Source: Eledone cirrhosa
Lineage: Eukaryota
DNA: 64,000 nt
Assembly (NCBI GenBank): GCA_964016885.1
Contig: OZ024762.1
Coordinates: forward strand, 25,730,001 to 25,794,000
Direction of reading: 5' to 3'
The first letter of the stretch is position 1, and each line of letters begins with the position of its first letter. The notes under the pieces were generated by a model. It saw only the letters and a program-made list of their open reading frames with translations, was not told where the DNA came from and did no database searches. Below are positions 1-15,962 of the stretch, one piece after another. The position numbers and the translations under genes were made by a program.

Positions 1-57
1 CAAAAAGAAAAACAAGTCAGCATCATTGGATACCAATCAGGGTTGCAGGTGTTATAT
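1..57 (-). mobile_element. Fragment of the RTE-derived element also present at 13228-13837 and 15963-16571
   Basis: Reverse complement ATATAACACCTGCAACCCTGATTGGTATCCAATGATGCTGACTTG matches ~13487-13542; runs off the window edge. Confidence 0.8.
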
Positions 58-212
58 TATGCATGCATGCATGCATACATACATACATACATACATACAT
101 ACATACATACATACATACATACATACATACATACATACATACATACATACATACATACATACATACATACATACATACATACATACATACATACATACAT
201 ACGTACATACAT
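58..212. repeat. (CATG)n then (CATA)n microsatellite
   Basis: Direct reading. Confidence 0.97.
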
Positions 213-360
213 AGTCTACAAATGGCTGCGATAGCTGGCACCTTCAAAATTTGCAAAACATTCTTGCGATTCAAAGGATGACAATTTCTTTACTTTTACA
301 ACCTTGCCACCAGGAAGGGGGCCAGCCAAAAATATACTCGAAATTAAGAAAAAGAGAAAC
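213..360 (+). mobile_element. 3' end fragment of an R4/Dong-like (RLE) non-LTR retrotransposon inside (CATA)n
   Basis: Encodes LQMAAIAGTFKICKTFLRFKG*, resembling the R4/Dong C-terminal motif (xQKAxxLGTxxIxRxxL), then a short 3' UTR; CATA repeats on both sides. Recognised from memory of the family, not by search. Confidence 0.5.
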
Positions 361-391
361 ATACATACGTAGACACGTTGATACATACACA

Positions 392-580
392 TACGAAGGT
401 AGGCCGAAACGTTCATACGCTAACCATGAAGAAGTGATGTTAGAGCTGTGAAATATTTCATGCATTCTTATTAATAACTGCATCATTTCTTTCTAGGGAC
501 TATGTAGAAAAATAAACTTCATTTGGTCATTCCATGAGACTCTCTTGGTCAGCCCCTGAACTTTTCAGCCGACCAACGTA
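392..580. mobile_element. Tc1/mariner-type MITE (~190 bp)
   Basis: Imperfect ~35-bp TIRs: TACGAAGGTAGGCCGAAACGTTCATACGCTAACCA versus the reverse complement of the right end TACGTTGGTCGGCTGAAAAGTTCAGGGGCTGACCA; TA at both ends; no coding capacity. Confidence 0.7.
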
Positions 581-591
581 TATATGTCTAT

Positions 592-715
<124 letters not shown>

Positions 716-928
716 GTGTGTCTGTATTAATAAAAACGTTTCATTTACATTTAGTTTCCGTGGCAATCCAAATTGAATCGACATGGGAACGGATGAAGTT
801 CGTGCTTTTCGGTGTTTCATCCGTTCCCTTGTGAGTACCAATTCACCCCCACCGGTCTGCGCAAGCGCATGTCCGAACGAAGTTGATTCGATTTGGATTG
901 CATCGGAAACAACCTTATTATGTAACAA

Positions 929-1002
929 GCTGTCTGATGATGTCACGACATTCGCACACAGAACAGTGTGGCCAGTGTCGTCATTGAAATATATATCACA
1001 GC
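929..1002 (+). ncRNA. Type I hammerhead ribozyme motif with extended stem II (family A)
   Basis: GCTGT-CTGATGA-[ACGACA..CACAC-AGAACA-GTGTG..TGTCGT]-GAAA-TATATA-TC-ACAGC; stem I GCUGU/ACAGC, palindromic minimal stem III, AUC cleavage triplet. Confidence 0.75.
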
Positions 1003-1053
1003 ATTATTATTAAAGGACTTGAACATCTGAAACTACTTCGCTTTTCCTTATTC

Positions 1054-1135
1054 TATATATATGTATATATATATATGTATGTATATATATATATATATAT
1101 GTATGTATATATGTATGTAAATATATATATATATG

Positions 1136-1182
<47 letters not shown>

Positions 1183-1185
1183 ATG

Positions 1186-1226
<41 letters not shown>

Positions 1227-1231
1227 GTATG

Positions 1232-1270
<39 letters not shown>

Positions 1271-1624
1271 GTATGTATATATATATATATATATGTATGT
1301 ATATATATATATATGTATGTATACATATATATATATGTATGTATATATATATATATATGTATGTATATATATATATATACATATATATGTATATACATAT
1401 ATATATGTATGTATATATATATGTATACATATATATGTATATACATATATATATGTATGTATATATATATGTATACATATATATGTATATACATATTGTA
1501 TATACATATATGTATGTATATATATATGTATGTATATATATATATATATATGTATATACATATATATATGTATGTATATATATATATATATATGTATGTA
1601 TATATATATATATATATATGTATG

Positions 1625-1710
<86 letters not shown>

Positions 1711-1752
1711 CATATATATATATGTATGTTTCTATATATATATATATGTATA
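1054..1752. repeat. (TA)n with interspersed TG/TATG/CA variants
   Basis: Direct reading. Confidence 0.97.
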
Positions 1753-1972
1753 TATTGTTATATTTGGGGAGGGTCATATTTGCGTAATATTGCCAGAATT
1801 AATAACAGAACACACTCACTGTTTGGTTGGTTTTCGCTTCTCGCTGTCTTTTATATATATATATCTGCGATCTAACTTACTCGGTCCTCAATGTTGCCAT
1901 TGACTGACCGGCGGTCAAAAATAATACAGATACAATATAGACAAACACATATATATATAGTTTACATAATTT

Positions 1973-2012
1973 ACATAAATCTTTCGTTGCACATCTGCAA
2001 CATCGTCAGTGG
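1973..2012 (-). ncRNA. Hammerhead-like motif in the Penelope 3' UTR (family B)
   Basis: Minus strand CCA-CTGACGA-T-GTTGC-AGATGT-GCAAC-GAAA-GATT-TA-TGT; core and stem II intact, stem I weak (about 2 bp). Confidence 0.6.
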
Positions 2013-2281
2013 TGTTATATTCATTGTTCCTCCTGTTGTGTTGTATGTCTACGCCATTTTTTTTGTTCAGTCTGTCTATATATTTATTTATTTATTTGCT
2101 TGTTTGTTTATCTTATTTTATTTTGTCTTCTTTGCGCATGCGTTTGCGTGTGTGTATAGTGTTATGTGTGATGTGTGACTAGTGTGTATAGTGTTGTGTC
2201 TGCTGGGTGACTAGTGTGTGTTTATGTGCTTGTGTATGTATTTATTTATCTTATTTTATTTTATTTTATTTACTTATTTAT

Positions 2282-5200
2282 TTATACTTCTCTTAGGTCA
2301 GTGTTGTTTGTTTGGGTGTTGTTGTTGTTCCACTCATTCTTTCTGTTTAGCTTTGGTCTTCTAATTTCTATTTCACTGGCCTCTCTGATTTGCCTATCTG
2401 CTGGGTCATTCCTATGTTTAGATATTATTCTAATTTCTATGTTGTCTATGTTACCGTCATGTTGTTGTCTAGCATGTTCGTATAGTACTGACCCGTTTTT
2501 TCGTCCTTTTAGTTCCCCCCAGTGTTGGTCTATCCTTTCACCTATCCTACGAGCTGTCTCACCTATGTATGTTGTTGTCGTGTTTCTGCAAGTACCCTCT
2601 GTACATCTTATGCTATAGACTACGTTTCTAGTTTTACAGTTTATCCGGGGGTTCACCTTACATATGATACATTTCCTATTGGTACAGTGGGTTTTCTTAA
2701 AAGGGTAGGTTTTGCTGATCAGGGATTTTATGGTGGTTCCTGGCTTTTCTACCACCTTTATTTTTAAGTGGGTCTTTCTCAGGGCCTTTCTACACTGGTT
2801 AGCTAATTTCCCTCCAGGGGTGGCGTCCACAAACATGACACTCTGATATCTCTGGTTGTCGTACCATGATGTGGCCTTCCCTATCTTATGTCTAGCCCTA
2901 TCTAAGCTATTCCATGATTTGCTCCTGTATAGTGGGCAAATTCCTTTCATGTCCAGTTCTATGAGGGTCTTATACTTTTCCATGGCTCCTTCGTATACTC
3001 TGACTCTGTCTCTTTGGTTGTAGCCAGAGAACTGCATGCGGTTGATGAAGTGTTGGATGTGTCCTTCCATTTCTGTTGGGTCGCACATGCTGGACACATT
3101 CTTCATCACTCGTACCAAATCTGCGATCAGAATATTAAACTTAGCACTACTGGACATTGCTGAGTTTTTGAGTATCAGGTATTTGGAGGCCATGGGTTTA
3201 GCATAGTGTGAGTGGAGAATTTGGGCTCTCTCGTCTATAGTGTTAATCCAGAGTTCTGTGTCTAATACAGGTAGTCTATTGTTAGGGTGTTTGGAAGGGA
3301 AGTCTATAGTTACAGTTATACTCTGGTGTATGGAATTAGCTATCTGCTGGATGCTTTCCATCGTGCTACGTTCTAAATCAAACTTGTTAGTGCTCTCTAG
3401 TGGGGGTGTTCTTATAACTATATTGATATCGTCTACATAACGAGAGTACATGATGAGGTCTATGGAGCTTTCATTAAGGAGATCTTTAAGTCTCCTTTCC
3501 CACCATACCATGAAAAGGTTGGCAACATCACCAGCTATGCTGACGCCGATGGCTGCTCCCTCATTTTGGGTGTAGATTTTCTCATTGAACTTAAATATGT
3601 GGCCCTTTAGGGTAGTTTTGATACTAGCCCCTATTGCATGTGCGACCATTTTTCTTACCTGATCAGTGTTTTGGGGGGTCCGTATAGCTTTGGTCCACCC
3701 AATCCACCTTCCTATGGGAGTCTTTTTAGCCATTGAGGTTATGGTGGGGGGTCTACCTCTTATAGGTCTACTAGGGCAGAAACATCTAAGGTCATGGCTG
3801 TCTAGGTAGTCAGTGTCGTAGGTAAGTCTAAGTAGGAGGCCCAGTTCGTCTGTGTCGACGTCGCAGAACTCCACCTCACTCTCAATGATCACCTCCACAC
3901 ATCTTTTCACAGCAAAATCAATGTTAATGGATGGGTACAGTGACACCACATCCATGCTGCCTATTATGCAGTTGGATAGGCTCCTGTTTTTGTTGCACTC
4001 ACTGATTCTGCTGAGGAGGTCCTCTGTACTTTCACATACATCTGGGGACATCTTGATTATGGGGCGTATAACCATTGAGAGGAAGTAGGAGATCCTGTAG
4101 TTGCTAGCTATATTAGCTCCGCATACGGGTCTTGTTGGTGGTCCTGTTGTCGGGTCGTCGACTGTCTTGTGGTCTTTGCGGAGCCCATACAAGGGTGGTA
4201 TGCCATTGTTAGACGCCTGGAAGTTGTTGGCAGTGCGTCTGCTTGGCTTTAGGATGTCAGTCCACATCATCATGTGAGCGTTGAGGATTTTTTCTCTCCC
4301 ATCGTGTGTTAGTTGTGCAACTTCGCTCGTGTTGGTGATGTGGGGTTGCATTGCCTCGATGTAGTTCGGCATGCTATCTATTGACATCCTACCAGACTTA
4401 TCTGTGAGTAGACACACTACCTCACCATCCCTTGTGCGCTGCTTGAGGCTAACCAAGCTTTCTACAGGTTTTATCCCAAGTTGTTGGGCCTCTGGTCTGC
4501 TCTGTCTCATAGTGTACCTGTCTACTACTTGTCTAATCTTATTTCTAGCTATGGTGAACTGTGCCTCCGTCTCGTCATCTATTTGCTGTGGTATGCAAAC
4601 TCTTTTATTAAAGGGTAACCTCGTAGGATAGATATTACCCATCTTATATGTTTTGTCAGCTGGGTTGAAAAATAGTTTCTCTAAGGGGTTGTCGTTATTT
4701 CTATCGTCATAGTTGTGTGTGTTGCTATTATTGTTATCATGGTGGTTGTTGTTGTTTCTATCATTAGCATTAATATTATTATTGTTATGATTGCTAGATG
4801 TATTGTTGTTTACTTCACCGTTATTGTTGTTGTTGTTACTGCTATTTCTACCATTGTGGTTGTTACTATTATTATGTTTCTTGTTTTTGTTGATGTTGCT
4901 ACATGTACTATTTCCATTATTACCACTGTGGTTATTGTTGTTGTTGTTGTTGTTCGTATTGTTACCGTTATTACTACTGTGGTCACTGTTGCTGTGTCTG
5001 TGGTTAACGTTTCTATTATTATTATTATTGTGGTTGTTGTTGTTCTGTCTATCGCTAGTATTATTACCATTATCACTATTTCTCACTTTCCTGCCATTGT
5101 TATGGTTATGGCTGTTATTTCTATACCCAGAGTTATTGTTTATATTACTACTACCGTTATTATTGTTGTTGTTGTTTACCCTTGCATTCCAACGTATTTT

Positions 5201-5677
5201 TGTGAAACACTTTTCCAGCTCCGTTTTGCATTCCATAGGGTTAATCTTTTTGTAGATGGCAAATTTTGGTGGTAACTTTAGGATTTGTTGTTCTTGTTCA
5301 CTGATTAAAGTGTTCCCATAGATATTTACTGTGTGGTCATTGGTAAATTCTTCCGGTAGTTTTACATCACTCATACGGATGTTGTCGATGTTATCTGGGT
5401 ATTTTTGAGAATATTCGATTTTCCTTTCTTGTAGTTTTTTCTTATTCATCCATTCTAATTTCTTCTTGAAATGCCTACAGCATTCGTTTTGAGCATATTT
5501 CGTTTCGCGTCGGATGACGCTCATGAAGTCATCTCTCTCGTTTGCTGTGATGAGATTTCGGATTTCCTTACCGTTGATGCGTTTTTGTCTGTAGAGTGCG
5601 TTGACTTTTGTGTATGTTGTTCTTTTCATATTAACTGTTATTGTGTGTTTTAGCCGTTCAGCTTGTGTTTTGTTCAA
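2282..5677 (-). CDS. Penelope-like reverse transcriptase with C-terminal GIY-YIG endonuclease (1131 aa; called start is TTG, first ATG ~5629)
   Basis: PLE RT motifs [49 protein letters not shown]; Cys linker [11 protein letters not shown]; GIY-YIG VVYSIRC..C..YIGETAR..ER..H..H. No internal stop. Confidence 0.93.
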   Translation of the reverse strand: MNKTQAERLKHTITVNMKRTTYTKVNALYRQKRINGKEIRNLITANERDDFMSVIRRETKYAQNECCRHFKKKLEWMNKKKLQERKIEYSQKYPDNIDNIRMSDVKLPEEFTNDHTVNIYGNTLISEQEQQILKLPPKFAIYKKINPMECKTELEKCFTKIRWNARVNNNNNNNGSSNINNNSGYRNNSHNHNNGRKVRNSDNGNNTSDRQNNNNHNNNNNRNVNHRHSNSDHSSNNGNNTNNNNNNNNHSGNNGNSTCSNINKNKKHNNSNNHNGRNSSNNNNNNGEVNNNTSSNHNNNNINANDRNNNNHHDNNNSNTHNYDDRNNDNPLEKLFFNPADKTYKMGNIYPTRLPFNKRVCIPQQIDDETEAQFTIARNKIRQVVDRYTMRQSRPEAQQLGIKPVESLVSLKQRTRDGEVVCLLTDKSGRMSIDSMPNYIEAMQPHITNTSEVAQLTHDGREKILNAHMMMWTDILKPSRRTANNFQASNNGIPPLYGLRKDHKTVDDPTTGPPTRPVCGANIASNYRISYFLSMVIRPIIKMSPDVCESTEDLLSRISECNKNRSLSNCIIGSMDVVSLYPSINIDFAVKRCVEVIIESEVEFCDVDTDELGLLLRLTYDTDYLDSHDLRCFCPSRPIRGRPPTITSMAKKTPIGRWIGWTKAIRTPQNTDQVRKMVAHAIGASIKTTLKGHIFKFNEKIYTQNEGAAIGVSIAGDVANLFMVWWERRLKDLLNESSIDLIMYSRYVDDINIVIRTPPLESTNKFDLERSTMESIQQIANSIHQSITVTIDFPSKHPNNRLPVLDTELWINTIDERAQILHSHYAKPMASKYLILKNSAMSSSAKFNILIADLVRVMKNVSSMCDPTEMEGHIQHFINRMQFSGYNQRDRVRVYEGAMEKYKTLIELDMKGICPLYRSKSWNSLDRARHKIGKATSWYDNQRYQSVMFVDATPGGKLANQCRKALRKTHLKIKVVEKPGTTIKSLISKTYPFKKTHCTNRKCIICKVNPRINCKTRNVVYSIRCTEGTCRNTTTTYIGETARRIGERIDQHWGELKGRKNGSVLYEHARQQHDGNIDNIEIRIISKHRNDPADRQIREASEIEIRRPKLNRKNEWNNNNTQTNNTDLREV
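4690..5180 (-). repeat. In-frame (AAY)-rich low-complexity tract encoding ~160 Asn/His/Ser-rich residues inside the Penelope ORF
   Basis: TTG/TTA triplet runs on + strand; translation [15 protein letters not shown]...DDRNNDN. Confidence 0.9.
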
Positions 5678-5773
5678 TAATAAATTATTTATTTATTTAT
5701 TTATAAATTTATTTATAAATTATTTATTTATATGTATATACATGTATGTTTATATATATATATATATATGTAT

Positions 5774-5815
<42 letters not shown>

Positions 5816-5849
5816 TTCTATATATATATATACATATATACATGTATGT

Positions 5850-5907
<58 letters not shown>

Positions 5908-5911
5908 GTAT

Positions 5912-5955
<44 letters not shown>

Positions 5956-5959
5956 GTAT

Positions 5960-6061
<102 letters not shown>

Positions 6062-6090
6062 TTCTATATATATATATATATATATATATA

Positions 6091-9000
6091 TTACTCTTTT
6101 ACTCTTTTACCTGTTTCAGCCATCCGGCTGAGGCCATGCTGGAGCACCGCCCTTGTTGCTACACATTTTATCTCCAGCCTGTATAGGTTGGCCACTGGTG
6201 TAGGAGGGAGTTTGTTGCTGCTGCCCTTAGGTTTCCCTCGTGTCTTGCTGTGGGCTCATCCGGGATCCTGGATAACAAGGTGTCGAGATGTTTCTTAAAG
6301 ACATCCACCTCCACGTCATGCAAGTCTCGCAGATGCCTCGGCAGCCTGTTGAAGAGTTGAGGGCCCTTGAATCCCAGGCTATTGCAATACCTGCTCCTTA
6401 TTCTAGATGTGGAAGACGGGACCTTTGGCACCACACAGTGACGTCCTGTTCGACGGTAGGTCCAGCTCCCAATGCCAAAGTTTGGTGCTAGTCCCTCCAG
6501 GATTTTCCACATGTAGATCACTGCGTATCTCTCCCGTCTTCGCTCCAAGGAGTAGAGGTTCAGTTCCTTCAGCCTCTCCCAGTAGCTTGTCTCCCTCATC
6601 TTGGCAATCCTCTTGGTGTAGCTTCGCTGGATTGCCTCAAGCTCTGTGGTTAGTTTGACACTATGGGGTGACCACAGCTGGGAGGAGTAGTCCAGGCGGC
6701 TTAGGACAAAAGTCCTCCACAGTGTCAACATGGTGTCTCGATCTCTTGTAAGGAAAGTCCTCAAGATCCAGCCAGCGAATCGTCTACATGCTGTCGCCAC
6801 CTTCATGATGTGTGAAGAAAAAGATGCATCATCGCTCATGTCTATGCCCAGGTCTCGTATCGATTTTGACACGGGGATATCGGTCCCTCCTGGTCCTGTG
6901 TATCTGTGTTCCGCTATATTTGTGTTTGTGTTTGCAGGTTTGTATTGTAGGGCTTGGAATTTGCCAGCATTAAACTGCATGTTGTTTTCTTCCGCCCATC
7001 TGTATATGGCATCCAGATCCTGCTGTAAGAGGGCAGCGTCAGCCGGGTTTTTGATTGCCTGTGTTACCTTAGTGTCATCAGCATAGCTAGTGAGGGATGT
7101 TGTTGCATGCACCACAGAGGGCATGTCCGAGAGAGCCACCAAAAACAGTAGTGGTCCCAGGACTGTCCCCTGAGGCACCCCACTTGTTATCGGTGTTTCC
7201 CTCGAGAGGGCCCCATTTGCTGCGACTGCCTGGCTTCTGTCCCTTAGGAAGCCATGCAGCCACTCACCTACTTTTCCAGTTATGCCGAGTCCGTGTAGTT
7301 TGTGACATATCATTCCGTGGTCGACCTTGTCAAAGGCCTTCGCAAAGTCAAGATATATCACGTCTACATGTGAGATGTCTAGTAGTTGTCTCAGTACCCA
7401 GTCGTAGTGATGTAGCAGCTGTGTAAGGCAGCTTCTTCCTGGGCGGAAGCCATGTTGCGTGCTAGTCAGGCGGTCATTTTCTTCGAGGAAAGTGATTAGT
7501 TTCTTTCTGACGACTCGCTCCATGACCTTACTGATATGCGACGTCAGGGAGACTGGCCTATAGTTCTTGGCCTCCGCTCTACTACCTCCTTTATGGATAG
7601 GGCATACTGTGCCTTCTTTCAGCTCCCTGGGTAGTACACCGCTAGCCAAGGAGCTTCTGAAGAGCATCTTCAGTGGAGTTGCTAAGGCCCGCTTACATAT
7701 TTTTAGGAGAACTGCTGGGAATCCATCAGATCCAGCAGCCGAGTCTGTTCTGATTTCATCAATGGCGTACACCACATCCTCCTCCGTTATGTCTATGTGG
7801 TTGATGGTTGCCATTTCTTGATGTAGTGTTGTGGCATCAAAGAACTCCTCTGGCTTCGTTATTTGCATGTGCCTCAGTGGACATGTGAAGACACTTTTGT
7901 ACTGTTCGTTCAGTATTTCACATATCTCTTGGGGATTTTCGGTTAATGAACCGTCCGTGTGGAAGAGTGGTCCAATCTTGCAGTGTACTGAGGCAGTTTC
8001 TTTTGCAAATTTAAAGAAGGCCTTAGGGTTTGTTTTAATGCTTTCTATGGCCCTGTTCTCTTTCCTTGCCCTCTCATTCTCATGTGAAAGCTTGAGTGCA
8101 ATCTCGGTGTCAAGTAGTGCACGTTTCAAATAGGATTCCTTCTTGTTTTGGTTTTGTTGACTATTCAACTGGTTTGAGAGTTTAGTTCTACGTCTCATAA
8201 GGATTTTCCTATCTCTGGGAATAAGATTTTTGTGTCTGTTTGCCTCTTTCTCCGGGACACACTTTTTGCATATGGTGTGTATCGTTGTCATGAAGTGTTG
8301 AAATTGTGTGTTAGTGTCTTGTGTGGCGATGTTTGCACTCCATGTTTGCTTCCGGATTTCACTCTTAATCTTCTTCCAGTCAGCCCCGTAGAAGTTAAGG
8401 CTGGATAGCGTCCCGGAGCTTCTTGGTGGTTTTGCCTCTGTTGGTTCTCTTGGACCACATATCATTAGCTCTACCAAGTTATGATCCGAGAGAATTGTTG
8501 GTGTCACCTTTACATTGTGGATGAGCACTTCGTTGTTTGTAAAACAGAGGTCCAAGACATTTTCGCCTCTTGTTGGGAGGAGTATTGCTTGCTCCATGAA
8601 CAGCCTGTGTGTGAGGGCCAGCAGGGATTCCTTCTGTCTCTGTTCTATTGACGTCATTCCAGGGAGGAGGTGGCCCTCAGGCCATTTGACCTTTGGTAGG
8701 TTGAAGTCTCCCAGCAGTAGGATGTTGAGACCCTGGTCCAGTTTGTCAAGGACCTCTTCTATCCTACTTAGGCTATCCTCAAATTTACCCTCATGACTGG
8801 GGGCATCGGGCGGCCGATATGTGACACATATTACCGTCTGTAGTTGCTTCATATGTATTATCAGTGTGTCACAGACTGAGTTTGAATGTGTCAACAGTAC
8901 AATTGGTGTGACATCTTCACGGATATACAGAGCAACCCCACCATGAGTTCTCTCCTTCCTGTCCGAACGAAATACAGTATATTTCGGTATATGTATTTCT

Positions 9001-9126
9001 GCATCTGCTATACTGCTTGTCAGGTGCGTTTCGGTTAGTGCCATGCATAGTGCTTGATTACTTATGGCTAAGTCTCCCAGGTAGGAAATTTTACTCATGT
9101 TGCTGAGTTTCACCAGGCCCCTGACA
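6091..9126 (-). mobile_element. CR1/L2-group LINE, 5' truncated, with hairpin and (GAGTAAAA)n tail, inserted in (TA)n
   Basis: ORF2 plus 3' end GGCGGTGCTCCAGCATGGCCT-CAGCC-GGAT-GGCTG-AAACAGGTAAAAGAGTAAAAGAGTAA. Confidence 0.9.
6168..9126 (-). CDS. LINE ORF2: apurinic-like endonuclease + reverse transcriptase (open frame, N-terminus clipped at APE motif I)
   Basis: APE motifs VRGL, LTETHL, GGVALYI, YRPP, GDFNLP, LDLCF, SDH; RT motifs [46 protein letters not shown]. The ORF-track start (MYIYIY, 9155) lies in the TA repeat and is spurious. Confidence 0.93.
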
Positions 9127-9182
9127 TATGTATATATATATATATATATATACATACATATATATATGTATATACATATATA

Positions 9183-9330
9183 TTACTCTTTTACCTGTTT
9201 CAGCCATCCGGCTGAGGCCATGCTGGGGCATGTATATACATATATATATGTATATACATATATATATGTATATACATATATATTACTCTTTTACCTGTTT
9301 CAGCCATCCGGCTGAGGCCATGCTGGGGCA
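9183..9330 (-). mobile_element. Two ~48-bp copies of the 3' tail of the 6091-9126 LINE (9183-9230, 9283-9330)
   Basis: TTACTCTTTTACCTGTTTCAGCCATCCGGCTGAGGCCATGCTGG repeated with 100-bp spacing; matches 6098-6141. Confidence 0.9.
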
Positions 9331-9392
9331 TGTATATACATATATATATGTATATGCATATATATATATATATGTATATACATATATATATG

Positions 9393-9436
<44 letters not shown>

Positions 9437-9482
9437 TATATGTATGTATATATATATATATATATATATACATATATATATG

Positions 9483-9526
<44 letters not shown>

Positions 9527-9555
9527 TATATGTATGTATATATATATATATATAT

Positions 9556-9692
9556 AACTTTGAATAACTTTGAAATGTTTTGGCCAGTATTGGCCCAGGC
9601 CATGTCTAACTTAATAGCACCACCTGGCGAAGTCTTTCAATTCAGGATTTGGGCACCATGGCCCATTCGAGAAGAGAATTACTGTTTGCGGA
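9556..9692 (-). mobile_element. 3'-terminal ~135 bp of the LINE family at 24102-25404
   Basis: Reverse complement of ~25257-25394, including the (TTCAAAGTTA)n tail. Confidence 0.9.
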
Positions 9693-9747
9693 TGTATGTA
9701 TATATATATATGTATGTATATATATATATGTATGTATATATATATAT

Positions 9748-10041
9748 GGAAAGTTATATTTAAATTGTTGGGTTAACAACGAGTAAATATTTATAACTGA
9801 TATAAAAGCACTCAACAAATATTTGGAGTATATTTATGATATTAAATAAATGGAAACTATATATATAAAACCATGTAAAACTATATTTATAAAAGGTATG
9901 TCATATCTATTTATTTATAAGACTGTTTATATTGTATTTTGTCTGATGAAGGCATAACATATTGTTAATATGATATACCTGAAATATATATAATGAAATA
10001 AATATGGTTTTATAAATATAGTTTCCACTTATTTAATATCA
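9748..10041. mobile_element. Non-coding fold-back insert (inverted arms 9837-9874 / 10004-10041) carrying HHR family C
   Basis: TGATATTAAATAAATGGAAACTAT..AAAACCAT versus ATGGTTTT..ATAGTTTCCACTTATTTAATATCA; homologous to 35779-36246. Confidence 0.8.
9929..10005 (+). ncRNA. Hammerhead motif (family C)
   Basis: ATATTGTATTTTGT-CTGATGA-AGG..CCT-GAAA-TATA-TA-TAATGAAATAAATAT; stem I imperfect. Confidence 0.65.
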
Positions 10042-13227
<3,186 letters not shown>

Positions 13228-13837
13228 TGTCAGGTCACCAGTTGGTGCTACTGGTAACATGTATCCCAGTACAACCTGTCCCATGGTCGGGTCGTTGGCG
13301 ACTAAACTGGAAACCCCACCAAGGTTTCTTGGTGAGGAGGGTGACTTTGGACATCCTGCAGGACTAAAAACAAAACCTGTCAAAGGGCAAAGGAGCTCTT
13401 AAGAGTCAATGGCCATCCAAAATCACCGGGAGAGATGACCCCTTAGCCTTTGTCAAGGCAGAATTCTAGGAGAAGGAAAACTCTGATATAACACCTGCAA
13501 CCCTGAATGGTATCCAATGATGTTGACTTGTTCTTCTTTTTGGTAAATATCATCTTGGTTAAGAGAGTGGGACTGGCTTTGTGCAGTGCCTTTGCTCACT
13601 ATAAAAGCTTCACGGCACAGGCATTGCTTTATATCTGGAGATCTCTCTGCACTTGTCGTCACATGGTACCATGGGCCCAGCACTATGTGTCAGTAATTGT
13701 CACAAGTGTAGTGTTTGTACCAGAGTTTTCAAGTCGCTGGCTGGACTAAAAAGTCACACTCGTTCAGCGCATCGGTAGGGGTTCTCCTACATGGATATAA
13801 AGTAGTGGCCGTACTCGAAAACGAGTTGGCAGCCACC
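13228..13837 (+). mobile_element. Non-autonomous RTE-derived bipartite element (5' UTR-like part fused to ORF C-terminus and 3' UTR)
   Basis: Contains the RTE-type 5' UTR motif TAGGAGAAGGAAAACTCTGA; 13698-13778 encodes [26 protein letters not shown] (C2H2 finger typical of RTE C-termini); no RT. Confidence 0.65.
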
Positions 13838-13900
13838 ATATATATGTATATATATATATATGTATATATATATATGTATATATATATATGTATGTATATG

Positions 13901-13955
<55 letters not shown>

Positions 13956-13960
13956 GTATG

Positions 13961-14307
<347 letters not shown>

Positions 14308-14318
14308 GTATGTATATG

Positions 14319-14371
<53 letters not shown>

Positions 14372-14382
14372 GTATGTATATG

Positions 14383-14673
<291 letters not shown>

Positions 14674-14684
14674 GTATGTATATG

Positions 14685-14741
<57 letters not shown>

Positions 14742-14771
14742 GTATGTATATATATATATATATATGTATAT

Positions 14772-14805
<34 letters not shown>

Positions 14806-14817
14806 TGTATGTATATG

Positions 14818-14870
<53 letters not shown>

Positions 14871-14999
14871 TATTTTCCGTTGTGTTGTAATATAAATATA
14901 ACTAAAAGTTTGTAGATAGCTGTTTTAGGTTATGTAACTGTTATAGAAACACGTGTCAATAAATTCCTTTCAACTAAACTGTATCCATTCAAATCTTTC

Positions 15000-15032
<33 letters not shown>

Positions 15033-15043
15033 GTATGTATATG

Positions 15044-15128
<85 letters not shown>

Positions 15129-15139
15129 GTATGTATATG

Positions 15140-15173
<34 letters not shown>

Positions 15174-15219
15174 TATGTATGTATATGTATATATATATAT
15201 ATATATATGTATGTATATG

Positions 15220-15418
<199 letters not shown>

Positions 15419-15448
15419 GTATATACATATATGTATATATATATTATG

Positions 15449-15499
<51 letters not shown>

Positions 15500-15510
15500 G
15501 TATATATATG

Positions 15511-15591
<81 letters not shown>

Positions 15592-15614
15592 GTATATATA
15601 TATATATGTATATA

Positions 15615-15699
<85 letters not shown>

Positions 15700-15700
15700 G

Positions 15701-15732
<32 letters not shown>

Positions 15733-15738
15733 AATATG

Positions 15739-15825
<87 letters not shown>

Positions 15826-15871
15826 GTATATATATGTATATATATATATGTATATATGTATATATATATAT

Positions 15872-15956
<85 letters not shown>

Positions 15957-15962
15957 CACATA

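Larger units (their letters stand above)
1753..5730 (-). mobile_element. Penelope-like retroelement (Naiad-like) inserted in (TA)n; 3' UTR/pLTR at ~1753-2281
   Basis: Single long RT+GIY-YIG ORF, HHR-like motif in the 3' UTR, (TA)n on both flanks; no upstream pLTR visible, so probably 5' truncated. Confidence 0.88.

Noticed and set aside
4715-5275. Leu/Val/Ile-rich, membrane-like ORFs
   Set aside because: Antisense or alternative frames of the Asn-rich tract in the Penelope ORF.
2282-5677. Selenocysteine recoding reported for some Naiad elements
   Set aside because: No in-frame TGA in this ORF, which ends in TAA; no SECIS identified.
13698-13778. Exon of a host C2H2 zinc-finger gene
   Set aside because: A single finger followed by a stop inside a multi-copy element; better explained as an RTE C-terminus.
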